A stretch of 64,000 nt of DNA from Nitrospirota bacterium (lineage in GTDB: Bacteria; Nitrospirota; UBA9217), in assembly GCA_963754875.1 (NCBI GenBank), contig CAVWHO010000010.1, forward strand, positions 1-64,000, read 5' to 3'. The notes beneath the pieces were generated by a model. The model searched no databases. It saw only the letters and a list, made by a program, of their open reading frames with translations, and was not told the origin of the DNA. Each line of letters starts with the position of its first letter. Positions within the stretch are counted from its first letter, which is position 1. Positions 48,712 through 58,320 of this stretch are shown piece after piece. Made by a program: the position numbers and the translations under genes.

Positions 48712-49728
48712 ATGAATGGCCTCATTATCTTAACCGCTTACCTCCTTGACCTGATTTTGGGCGATCCACACTGGCTGCCACATCCGGTACGTGCGATAGG
48801 CCGACTTATTCAAAGATTCGAGTCGATCCTTAGACGGATCGCCGGCACGCCGCGAACGGAAAAGATTGCCGGTGGTATACTGGTTTTTCTCACCGTTTCT
48901 CTGGTCTATTTCATATCCCAGTGCATCATCCTCGCCACCTGCCGGTTCTCGTCCTATCTCGGGTTCACCATCTCTGCGGTGCTGGCTTATACAACTCTTG
49001 CGGCACGGAGTCTGGCAGACGCGGCGCGCACGGTGCTCAAGAAGCTCGACGACGGCGACCTCGCTGCGGCGCGGCATGAGCTCTCCATGATCGTGGGGAG
49101 AGACACAAAAAACCTCGATGAACGGGAGATCGTTCGCGCCGTGGTGGAGACTGTTGCTGAGAACGCTTCAGATGGCGTTATCGCACCACTCCTGTATCTG
49201 GCAATCGGCGGACCGGCTCTTGCACTTGCCTATAAGGCCGTTAATACGCTCGACTCCATGGTCGGCTACAGGAATGCACGGTATCTGCATTTCGGATGGG
49301 CCGCGGCACGGTTGGATGACATAGTTAATTTTATGCCGGCCAGGATTACGGCCCTTCTGATCTGCCTGTCTGCAACTGCAGCCCGCAGGCTCAAACAGGT
49401 GGTTACCACAGTCATGCATCTCCTCCGATTACGCTCTGAACTCCGAACGCGGAACTTTGAACTCTACAGTCCCTGGCGTATCATGATTCGCGACCGCAAA
49501 AACCATCCCAGCCCGAACAGCGGTTATCCCGAGGCTGCCATGGCGGGTGCGCTTGGGATACGTCTTGGTGGACCGAGCACCTATGCGGGGCACCTGAGTT
49601 TGAAGCCCTTTATTGGAGAAGCTGACTGCCTAATCGCCAAAAAACATATTGAAAAGTCCGTCCGGTTACTGTATTCTGCTACCTTGTTCAGCACGTTGAC
49701 CGCCGCGGCAGTAAATTATTTTCTGTAA
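48712..49728 (+). CDS. cbiB: Adenosylcobinamide-phosphate synthase CbiB
   Basis: [47 protein letters not shown]. Confidence 0.95.
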   Translation: MNGLIILTAYLLDLILGDPHWLPHPVRAIGRLIQRFESILRRIAGTPRTEKIAGGILVFLTVSLVYFISQCIILATCRFSSYLGFTISAVLAYTTLAARSLADAARTVLKKLDDGDLAAARHELSMIVGRDTKNLDEREIVRAVVETVAENASDGVIAPLLYLAIGGPALALAYKAVNTLDSMVGYRNARYLHFGWAAARLDDIVNFMPARITALLICLSATAARRLKQVVTTVMHLLRLRSELRTRNFELYSPWRIMIRDRKNHPSPNSGYPEAAMAGALGIRLGGPSTYAGHLSLKPFIGEADCLIAKKHIEKSVRLLYSATLFSTLTAAAVNYFL

Positions 49729-49808
49729 CCCAAATTTTGCTTGACAAAATCTGTGGCTATGCTATAAAAACGAAATTTTTATGGTCATTAAGGCCGGAAG
49801 GAGACCAG

Positions 49809-50969
49809 ATGGACAGCTGTAGCAGGAATTATCTATTCACCTCGGAATCGGTTACTGAGGGGCATCCAGACAAAATAGCCGACCAGATTTCAGATGCGGT
49901 CCTCGATGCGCTTTTGGCGCAGGATCCCATGAGCCGGGTAGCATGCGAAACGCTTTTGACCACGGGACTTGCCATGGTGGCGGGCGAGATAACCACCAAG
50001 GGATATGTTGAAATTCCCGATATCGTTCGTCAGACGATCAAGGACATCGGCTATGTCCGCGCAAAATATGGTTTTGATTCTGAAACCTGTGCGGTCATTA
50101 CGTCCGTCCACTCGCAGTCGCCTGATATTGCCATGGGCGTTGACACTGGCGGCGCCGGAGACCAGGGCCTTATGTTCGGGTATGCCTGCGACGAGACTCC
50201 GGAGCTCATGCCCATGACCATCATGCTTGCCCACAAGCTTACCCGCCGCCTGTCCGAAGTGCGAAAGAAGGAGATTCTCCCGTATCTGAGGCCGGACGGT
50301 AAGTCTCAGGTGACCATCGAATATCGCGACGGAAAACCTTATAGACTGCATACAATCGTTGTTTCGTCCCAGCACAGCCCCGACGTGAGCCTCAAACAAC
50401 TGCGCAAGGACATCATCGAGAAGGTCATCCTTCCCGTGCTTCCGAAGAAACTTCTGGACGAAAAATCCATTATTTATCACATCAACCCCACCGGCAGATT
50501 CGTGACCGGCGGCCCCATGGGCGATACGGGACTCACTGGCCGCAAGATCATCGTTGATACCTACGGCGGTGTGGGAAGCCATGGCGGCGGCTGTTTTTCG
50601 GGCAAGGACCCGACGAAGGTTGACCGCTCTGCCTCATACATGGCACGCTATGTTGCCAAGAATATCGTTGCATCGGGCATTGCTACGGAATGCGAAGTGC
50701 AGCTTGCCTATGCCATCGGTGTCCCCGAACCGGTCTCGATCCATGTGGACGACTTCGGGACCGGCCAGGTCGAGCATGACAAACTGGTCAAGATCATCAG
50801 AAAGAACTTTGACATGACGCCGAAAGGCATTGTGAAGACGCTGAATTTGAGACGTCCTATTTACAAAAAGACCGCAGCCTACGGCCACTTCGGCAGAACC
50901 GAGCCTGAGTTTACCTGGGAAAAAACGGACAAGGCCGCGAAGCTTAAAAAAGACGCGGGAGTGAAGTAA
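49809..50969 (+). CDS. metK: S-adenosylmethionine synthetase
   Basis: [42 protein letters not shown]. Confidence 0.97.
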   Translation: MDSCSRNYLFTSESVTEGHPDKIADQISDAVLDALLAQDPMSRVACETLLTTGLAMVAGEITTKGYVEIPDIVRQTIKDIGYVRAKYGFDSETCAVITSVHSQSPDIAMGVDTGGAGDQGLMFGYACDETPELMPMTIMLAHKLTRRLSEVRKKEILPYLRPDGKSQVTIEYRDGKPYRLHTIVVSSQHSPDVSLKQLRKDIIEKVILPVLPKKLLDEKSIIYHINPTGRFVTGGPMGDTGLTGRKIIVDTYGGVGSHGGGCFSGKDPTKVDRSASYMARYVAKNIVASGIATECEVQLAYAIGVPEPVSIHVDDFGTGQVEHDKLVKIIRKNFDMTPKGIVKTLNLRRPIYKKTAAYGHFGRTEPEFTWEKTDKAAKLKKDAGVK

Positions 50970-51032
50970 TAGCTGATTGCGAAATTCGGATTGCGGATAA
51001 AATCCAGATCAATTCTGCAGGGAATGAAAATT

Positions 51033-51066
51033 ATGTAGGGGCAGCCCTGTGTGGCTGCCCCTACAT
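51033..51066. repeat. GTAG-type REP-like perfect hairpin
   Basis: ATGTAGGGGCAGCC-CTGTGT-GGCTGCCCCTACAT. Confidence 0.75.
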
Positions 51067-51085
51067 TGTGTGACTTAGACTATTG

Positions 51086-51160
51086 GGCCGCGAAGAGCCG
51101 GAACTCAAGTGGGAAGCCACTGACAAGGCTGCCGCATTGCATGTAAACGCAGGACTGTAA
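51086..51160 (+). pseudogene. metK: Remnant 3' end of a second metK
   Basis: Encodes GREEPELKWEATDKAAALHVNAGL*, collinear with host MetK tail [25 protein letters not shown]. Confidence 0.8.
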
Positions 51161-51174
51161 TTCAAACATCAACC

Positions 51175-51262
51175 CACTCCGTCGAGGGGCGCTGCAGCAG
51201 TCACCGCAAGGTGGGTCTGTCAGGCTCGATGGGGTGTTTCAACATATAGCAACGGCGCCCAT
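51175..51262 (+). ncRNA. SAH riboswitch
   Basis: CGAGGGGCGCTGCA...CAGGCTCG...AACGGCGCCCA; pseudoknot GGGCGC/GCGCCC; upstream of ahcY. Confidence 0.88.
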
Positions 51263-51286
51263 TCATTAACCTGAATGGAGAGCTAT

Positions 51287-52684
51287 ATGTCTACTAAAGA
51301 TTACGTTATCGCCGACATCAAACTGGCCTCGTGGGGCCGCAAAGAAATCGCCATCGCCGAAACCGAAATGCCCGGCCTGATGGCCATCCGCGCAGAATTC
51401 GCCAAAACGCAGCCGCTGAAAGGCGCGCGCATCACTGGCTCGTTGCACATGACCATCCAGACCGCCGTGCTGATCGAGACGTTGAAAGCGCTCGGTGCGG
51501 AAGTGCGCTGGGCTTCATGCAATATCTTCTCGACCCAGGACCACGCCGCAGCAGCCATTGCCGCCTCCGGCACGCCGGTGTTCGCGGTCAAGGGCGAATC
51601 GCTTCCCGATTACTGGGACTACACCCACCGCATCTTCGAATGGGCTGACGGCGGCTATTCCAACATGATCCTGGACGACGGCGGCGATGCCACGCTGCTG
51701 TTACACCTGGGCAGCCGCGCCGAGAAGGACATCTCGGTGCTGGCCAAGCCGGACAGCGAGGAGGCGACCGTGCTGTTCGCCTCGATCAAGGCAAAGCTGA
51801 AGACCGATCCCAAGTGGTATTCGACGCGCTTGGCCAAGATCAAGGGCGTGACCGAAGAAACCACCACCGGCGTGCACCGTTTGTATCAAATGCACGAACG
51901 CGGTGAACTGAAATTCCCTGCGATCAACGTCAACGACTCAGTCACCAAGTCCAAGTTCGACAATCTGTACGGATGCCGCGAATCGCTGGTGGATGGCATC
52001 AAGCGCGCCACCGATGTGATGATTGCGGGCAAGATCGCGCTCATTTGCGGCTACGGCGATGTGGGTAAAGGCTCGGCCCAAGCCATGCGCGCTCTCTCAG
52101 CGCAAGTGTGGGTGACCGAAGTCGACCCGATTTGCGCGCTGCAGGCTGCAATGGAAGGCTTTCGCGTAGTGACCATGGATTACGCCGCCGACAAGGCCGA
52201 CATCTTCGTGACCTGCACCGGCAACGTCCATGTAATAGACCATGACCACATTGTGAAGATGAAAAATCAGGCCATCGTGTGCAACATCGGCCACTTCGAT
52301 TCCGAGATCAATGTCGCCTCGCTGGAAAAATATCAGTGGGAAGAGATCAAGCCGCAGGTTGACCATATCATTTTCCCCGACGGCAAGCGCATCATCCTGC
52401 TGGCCAAGGGCCGCCTGGTGAATCTGGGTTGCGGCACCGGCCATCCGTCCTACGTGATGTCCTCGTCGTTTGCGAACCAGACCCTCGCGCAGATCGAGCT
52501 GTACACTCGCACCAAGGACTACCCGGTGGGCGTGTACACCCTGCCCAAACATCTGGACGAAAAGGTCGCACGTTTGCAACTGACGACGCTGAATGCGCAA
52601 TTGAGCACTTTGACCGACCAGCAGGCTGCGTACATTGGCGTGCCCAAGCAAGGTCCGTACAAGTCGGAGCACTACCGCTACTAA
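51287..52684 (+). CDS. ahcY: Adenosylhomocysteinase
   Basis: [50 protein letters not shown]. Confidence 0.97.
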   Translation: MSTKDYVIADIKLASWGRKEIAIAETEMPGLMAIRAEFAKTQPLKGARITGSLHMTIQTAVLIETLKALGAEVRWASCNIFSTQDHAAAAIAASGTPVFAVKGESLPDYWDYTHRIFEWADGGYSNMILDDGGDATLLLHLGSRAEKDISVLAKPDSEEATVLFASIKAKLKTDPKWYSTRLAKIKGVTEETTTGVHRLYQMHERGELKFPAINVNDSVTKSKFDNLYGCRESLVDGIKRATDVMIAGKIALICGYGDVGKGSAQAMRALSAQVWVTEVDPICALQAAMEGFRVVTMDYAADKADIFVTCTGNVHVIDHDHIVKMKNQAIVCNIGHFDSEINVASLEKYQWEEIKPQVDHIIFPDGKRIILLAKGRLVNLGCGTGHPSYVMSSSFANQTLAQIELYTRTKDYPVGVYTLPKHLDEKVARLQLTTLNAQLSTLTDQQAAYIGVPKQGPYKSEHYRY

Positions 52685-52800
52685 CCGTAGAATACCGGGA
52701 AAATAGGAGCCAGTAGTAAGGAGCCAGGAGTTGGGAAGCAGACTTCAGAAATCAGCGTTATTCTGAATTGTGACTCCTGACTTCTGGCTTCTTTTATTTT

Positions 52801-53662
52801 ATGTCTAACTATCTCAAAATCATTGCCGCCATGCTCATCTGGAGCACCTGGGGGCCGATGATCCGGTGGCTTGCGTTGCCGCCCGTCGTTGTTCTCTTCT
52901 CTACGTCGTTGGTAGCCAGCTTTATTGTCCCAGCCTTTCTTGCGGCCCGGGGAGAACTGCACTTAGGGGGGATCGGGAAATACTGGTGGATTTTTGGTTT
53001 GCTGGCCACTCTCATCGATTACGAACAATATTTCTTATTTCTACGCGCTGGGCCACACCACGGTTTCGAATGCCGTGTTTACTCATTATACGGCGCCGCT
53101 CTTTGTTGCCCTGCTCGCGCCCTTCATTATTTCCGAACGTCTGCAGAAAATAACCCTCCTGTCGCTCCCTATCGCCGTGTTTGGTATGACTATGATCGTT
53201 CTGGCCGGCGGCGGACTTAAAACAGGGGGCGAGCACACAGCAGGCATCATCGCTGGAACGATTTCCGGCGTGGCATATGCATTCATTATTATTTTTTCGA
53301 GAAAGCTGAGCCAGATGTTAATGCATCACAAGGCCGTGGTTTTGTTGCTTTGGATCACTACCCTCGCTCTGTCGCCCGCTGTCCTCCTTGCGGACTATCA
53401 TCTTGACTTTCGTCAGGCGCGGCTCCTGTTCCTTACGGGAGTGTTCCATTCAACGATTGCTCCGCTACTCTATTACAGTGCGCTCAGAAAAATCATCGCC
53501 CAACACGCTGCCATCCTCGGGTATATGGAGCCTCTTGCAGCGATACCCATGGCATATTTACTCCTGTCGGAAACGCCTTCACTCTTCGCACTTTTTGGCG
53601 GCCTATTAATCCTCTTTTCCGGTTACCTCGTTGTACACTCGCGCCTCAGGACGGCTGACTGA
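52801..53662 (+). CDS. DMT/EamA family transporter (frameshift near 53010)
   Basis: IWSTWG, HYTAPLFVALLAP..SER, GYMEPL, multiple TM helices over two frames. Confidence 0.82.
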
Positions 53663-53891
53663 CATTGCGCTCTGTATGCCCCGTCAAGCCCTTCCGACAG
53701 CTTGCAATCCTTGTTTTTTCGGCTATACTTAATCTATCGTAGCTGGTAAGTACTGTAATTTCCTGTTATCTATGCACTTTAACGACATCATTAACCTCGT
53801 TTCCAAGGCGGCTGTCGTGAACCTTTGGTAAGGGAATCCTTTGATTATGCACCGAGAAGATGTCTCAACTTTTGCTCAAGGAGGAGGCGCG

Positions 53892-55097
53892 ATGAGAGGC
53901 CAAAAGTTTAAATTCACGAGAAGAGATTTTTTAAAGACTGCCGGCGTCTTGACGGCAATGACGGCACTTGGTGAAATCCCTGCAGAACTGCTCGCTGCAG
54001 TGGACAGAAAGAACCTTGTTCGATTTCCCGAGAAGACAGAAATGATTCTCTTGACAGACCGTCCGCCGCAACTCGAGACCCCAATGCATTATTTCCGTGA
54101 ACTGATAACGCCGAATGACGCAGTATTTGTACGATGGCATATTTCTCAAGTTCCAACATCGGTGGACCTGAGAGAGTGGCGGCTCAAAGTGGGCGGTAAC
54201 ACGGAAAAGGAACTCCAGTTTTCCATGGATGATCTTAAGACCAAGTTCGAGAAGGTTACCTATACTGCGGTCATCCAGTGCTCAGGCAACAGCAGAAGTT
54301 TGTTCGATCCTCCCGTACCGGGCGGTCAATGGAAGAACGGAGCCATGGGGAACGTAACCTGGACAGGAGCCCGGCTAAAGGATATTCTTAATCAGGCCGG
54401 CATCAAGGAGGGTTCAGTAGGTGTTTCGTTCGACGGGCTTGACGGTCCTCCGCTGCCATCAGTACCCGATTTTGTTAAGAGTTTGCCGCTGGATAAAGCA
54501 ACCGAGGAGGACATCATCGTTGCCTATGAAATGAATGGAGCATATCTTCCCATGCTCAATGGTTTCCCCGCGCGGCTAATTGTCCCCGGCTGGTTTGCCA
54601 CCTACTGGGTCAAGTCATTGAGCACCATATCGGTCCTGGACAAGCAGTTTGAGGGATTCTGGATGAAGACTGCTTACCGAATACCTGACGACCCATGCGC
54701 CTGTGTGCCGCCTGGTACAGCTCCGAAGAAGACGGTTCCTATTAATCGTTTAGATACCCGGTCATTTATTGTTGAGCCTTTCGACGGAACGGCTCTCAGG
54801 GTAAATAAACCCCTAGAGATCATGGGCATGGCTTTCTCCGGCGGTTACGGCGTCAGAGATGTGATCGTTTCGACAGACAATGGTAAGACTTGGAACGAAA
54901 CGAAACTGGGGAAAGACCTCGGCAAGTATGCCTGGAGGCAATGGACCTATCCATGGCATCCGAAAAAAAAAGGGAAATATACACTTATGGTGAGGGCCAC
55001 GAACGCTATCGGCGAATCACAGCCCTTTGATCCTTTCTGGAACCCGGCAGGGTTTATGAGAAACAACATTGAAAAAATCGAAGTAACGGTAAAGTAG
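53892..55097 (+). CDS. sorA: Tat-exported sulfite oxidase-family molybdoenzyme (SorA-like)
   Basis: RRDFLK signal, RPPQLETP, FVRWH, QCSGNSR, NGFPARLIVPGW, WNPAG. Confidence 0.82.
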   Translation: MRGQKFKFTRRDFLKTAGVLTAMTALGEIPAELLAAVDRKNLVRFPEKTEMILLTDRPPQLETPMHYFRELITPNDAVFVRWHISQVPTSVDLREWRLKVGGNTEKELQFSMDDLKTKFEKVTYTAVIQCSGNSRSLFDPPVPGGQWKNGAMGNVTWTGARLKDILNQAGIKEGSVGVSFDGLDGPPLPSVPDFVKSLPLDKATEEDIIVAYEMNGAYLPMLNGFPARLIVPGWFATYWVKSLSTISVLDKQFEGFWMKTAYRIPDDPCACVPPGTAPKKTVPINRLDTRSFIVEPFDGTALRVNKPLEIMGMAFSGGYGVRDVIVSTDNGKTWNETKLGKDLGKYAWRQWTYPWHPKKKGKYTLMVRATNAIGESQPFDPFWNPAGFMRNNIEKIEVTVK

Positions 55098-55106
55098 GAG
55101 GGATAG

Positions 55107-55442
55107 ATGAAGAACCTCTTCATGATATTCACGATTGCGATAATAGCGACAATTCCGATGGTTGTCCAGGGCCAGGGGAACCAGGACAAGGAAGCCGTTC
55201 ATTCTATCGAACTTCCGGTGATTCAAGTGCAACTTAATCCCGGGCCTGGTTTGGACAAGGCGTCTTCGCTTTGCAATATCTGCCACACTCTGAAATACAT
55301 TACTATGCAGCCTGCGTTCCCACGGGCAACGTGGACAGCCGAAGTGAACAAGATGATCAAAGTCATGGGTGCGCCGATCAATGATGAAGATGCGAAGACA
55401 ATTATCGATTATCTGAGTACAGAATATGGGACCGGCAAATAA
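55107..55442 (+). CDS. sorB: Monoheme cytochrome c (SorB-like)
   Basis: CNICH, YITMQP, WTAEVNKMIKVMGAPI. Confidence 0.8.
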   Translation: MKNLFMIFTIAIIATIPMVVQGQGNQDKEAVHSIELPVIQVQLNPGPGLDKASSLCNICHTLKYITMQPAFPRATWTAEVNKMIKVMGAPINDEDAKTIIDYLSTEYGTGK

Positions 55443-55492
55443 CGAAGTCCCTGTATCCTAATTTAAACAGTTTAAGAAAGGGAAAAAGAAAG

Positions 55493-55822
55493 ATGACGAA
55501 CAAAATGATTATCGCAATGGTTTTAGTGGTGGGTATCTGCTGCACGGCGCTTTATGCTTTTGCACAAAAGGCGTCTCCAAATTCAGGTGAATCGTTATTT
55601 GCAGCGAACTGTAAGGTTTGCCATCCGGATGGGGGAAATATCATCAACCCGGCGAAAACACTCCACAAGAAAGACCGCATGGCTAATAATGTCAAGACTG
55701 AGTCCGATATTGTCAATAAAATGCGAAACCCGGGTCCGGGGATGACGAAATTCGATGAGAAAACCATCTCGGACAAAGATGCCCATACAATAGCTGCGTA
55801 TATTTTAAAAACTTTCAAATAA
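55493..55822 (+). CDS. Cytochrome c6-like monoheme cytochrome
   Basis: Signal peptide, LFAANCKVCH.DGGNII, GPGM. Confidence 0.85.
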   Translation: MTNKMIIAMVLVVGICCTALYAFAQKASPNSGESLFAANCKVCHPDGGNIINPAKTLHKKDRMANNVKTESDIVNKMRNPGPGMTKFDEKTISDKDAHTIAAYILKTFK

Positions 55823-56108
55823 ATAAACTTTACCTCCGCAACAGCGCTTACTTCAACATTTCTTTCATCCCGCTCGGGATCGTAACCCCGAGCGGGATAA
55901 ATCCCGCGACTTGCAATCCCCCGGCTCCGGCCGCGGATAATGCGCCGTAAACCGCGGGAGGTCGCGTTATTTTGAGGGAGCCTCCGGCTCTGTCGGAGGG
56001 GGCTCTACTCGAATAACACCATCTGATCTCAATGTGCAATACCTCCGACCAACAGACCTCATAAATTTGCGGCAAGCTTACGCGCAAAGTTGATATCCAT
56101 AACACTCA

Positions 56109-56972
56109 ATGAAAGCAACGCTTATCGCATTCATGAAGCCATTGATCATTCTCGTTGCTGCGTTCATATGCATGGTTGTACCATTCCGCGCTGATGCTGC
56201 GGAACTGCCGCTCTGGGAGGCAGGCCTCGGATTGACCGGATTGAGCTTGCCCGATTACCGTGGTTCTGACGAGCAGAGAGGATATGTTTTGCCTTTACCC
56301 TACCTGGTTTATCGCGGGGAAACGCTCAGAATGGACAAAAAGGGTATTTACGGGATCCTGTTTCAGTCTGAGCGCGTGCACCTTAATGTAAGCGCTGACG
56401 GCAGTGTACCCGTAAAAAGCGATAAAAATTCCGCACGCACGGGGATGCCGAACCTCGATCCCACGGGCCAGATAGGGCCTTCCTTGGAGCTTTGCATCTC
56501 TGCGCACTGCGATGCCGATAGCATCATACAGGTGCGGCTTCCCCTACGGGCGGTTTTTGCTTCAGACTTTTCATACCTGGCCGGTATCGGCTTTGTAACA
56601 AACCCTCAATTAAATTTTGATTTTAACAATCTCGAGACCTACGGCAGATGGGATTTCGGTTTTGCCTTTGGTCCGCTTTACGCTACCAGACAATTTCACG
56701 CTTATTACTATGACGTAGCACCGCAGTTCGCAGTCCCCGGCGTTCGATCTTCTTACAACGCCCGCGGCGGGTACAGTGGGTTTCTCGTTACTGCAGCTCT
56801 GAGCAAGCGGTTCGCAAACTATTGGTTCGGCACGTTCGTACGCTATGATAACCTTTCCGGATCCGTTTTTTCTGACAGCCCGCTTGTTAAAACAAAGCAG
56901 GCTGTCATGGCAGGCTTCGGGTTTGCCTGGGTATTTGGCCAGTCGCCGATACTGGTGAATGCAACTCCCTGA
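56109..56972 (+). CDS. MipA/OmpV family outer-membrane protein
   Basis: LPLWEAGLG, PDYRGSD, LPLPYLVYRG, FSDSPLVK. Confidence 0.8.
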   Translation: MKATLIAFMKPLIILVAAFICMVVPFRADAAELPLWEAGLGLTGLSLPDYRGSDEQRGYVLPLPYLVYRGETLRMDKKGIYGILFQSERVHLNVSADGSVPVKSDKNSARTGMPNLDPTGQIGPSLELCISAHCDADSIIQVRLPLRAVFASDFSYLAGIGFVTNPQLNFDFNNLETYGRWDFGFAFGPLYATRQFHAYYYDVAPQFAVPGVRSSYNARGGYSGFLVTAALSKRFANYWFGTFVRYDNLSGSVFSDSPLVKTKQAVMAGFGFAWVFGQSPILVNATP

Positions 56973-57210
56973 TACTTATAGTTCTATGATTGTATCTCTC
57001 CACAGAACACTGGAGGAGGAGTGTGACGGAATAAAATTTTTTATTTGCTGTATAAGATTGACAAATAACGAACTCTATGATAACTTTTTCGGTAATTATG
57101 GTAATTTGGAACTACTGATAGCATATTTTGCCACAAGAGCAGCTTCTTTCTTCAATAATCTCAAGCCATTCCTATATACGACTTCAGAGTAAATTCAAAG
57201 GAGGATGCGT

Positions 57211-58320
57211 ATGAGTAAAAAAGAAGAAGTGAGTAAGCAGTTTCTTGATGCTCTCGAGTTCCGGGGCATCAAACGAAGAGATTTTTTAAAATACTGTGGT
57301 GCAACAGCAGCACTGCTCGGTTTATCCGAGTTATACGGACCCAAGATCGCAGCAGCCTTGGAAAAAGCATCCAAACGCACCCCCGTCATCTGGCTCAACT
57401 TCGCATCCGACTCAGGCTGTACCGAGTCCTTCATCAAAGCAACCTATCCCAGCCCCGCAGAAGTCATCCTTGACATATTAAGCGTCGACTACAACGAAAC
57501 CATCATGGCAGCGGCAGGCAAGCAGGCGGAAGAGATCCTGGCCAAGTCCGCGAAGGCCGGCGGCTACATCCTGATCGTCGAAGGCGGCGTACCGACCAAG
57601 AAAGGCCACGGCATGATCGGGAACAAAGAGATGCTCGACGTCTTGAAAGAGATGGCGGCCCCGGCCATCGCCGTGATCGCGATCGGCAGCTGCGCCACGG
57701 ACGGCGGCGTCCCTGCAGCCAAGCCGAACCCCTCCCAGATCATCGGCACAGGGGAGGCCTTAAAGCGGGTAGGGATCACCAAGCCGCTCATCAACATGGA
57801 CCTCTGCCCGGTCAACCCCCAGTACCTGGTCGGCGTGGTGGTCAACTTCCTCCTTCTCGGCAAGATCCCCGATCTCGACTCCCAGGGCCGTCCCGTGATG
57901 TTCTACGGCCAGACCATCCACGACAACTGCGAGCGGCGGGCCCACTTCGATGGAGGACGCTTCGTCGAGAAGTTCGGGTCCAAAGAAGAAGCCCTGGGGT
58001 ACTGCCTCTATAAGATGGGGTGCAAAGGCCCCATGACCTATTCAGCCTGCCCCAAGATCCAGTACAACGACCGGACGAGCTGGTGCATCAAGGCCGGAGG
58101 GCCCTGCATCGGCTGCGCCGAGCGTGGCTGGACCGACAAGTTCGCCGGGTTCTACGAGCCGCTGCCGGGCGTCAAGATCCCCGGCCTGGGCGGAGTCGAA
58201 GCCGGAGCAGACAAGATCGGCGCGGTAGCAGCAGTAGCCACGGCAGCCGGCATCGCGATCCATGCGGTAGCAACAGCCGGATCGGGCAGGACCCAAGAAA
58301 AAAAGGGAGGTAAGAAATAA
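57211..58320 (+). CDS. [NiFe]-hydrogenase small subunit (group 1, Tat-exported, C-terminal anchor)
   Basis: RRDFLKYC, GSCATDGG, HDNCERR, CLYKMGCKGP, WCIKAGGPCIGC. Confidence 0.95.
   Translation: MSKKEEVSKQFLDALEFRGIKRRDFLKYCGATAALLGLSELYGPKIAAALEKASKRTPVIWLNFASDSGCTESFIKATYPSPAEVILDILSVDYNETIMAAAGKQAEEILAKSAKAGGYILIVEGGVPTKKGHGMIGNKEMLDVLKEMAAPAIAVIAIGSCATDGGVPAAKPNPSQIIGTGEALKRVGITKPLINMDLCPVNPQYLVGVVVNFLLLGKIPDLDSQGRPVMFYGQTIHDNCERRAHFDGGRFVEKFGSKEEALGYCLYKMGCKGPMTYSACPKIQYNDRTSWCIKAGGPCIGCAERGWTDKFAGFYEPLPGVKIPGLGGVEAGADKIGAVAAVATAAGIAIHAVATAGSGRTQEKKGGKK

Noticed and set aside
53780..53890. Moco or c-di-AMP riboswitch upstream of sorA
   Set aside because: Only isolated short motifs, in the wrong order.
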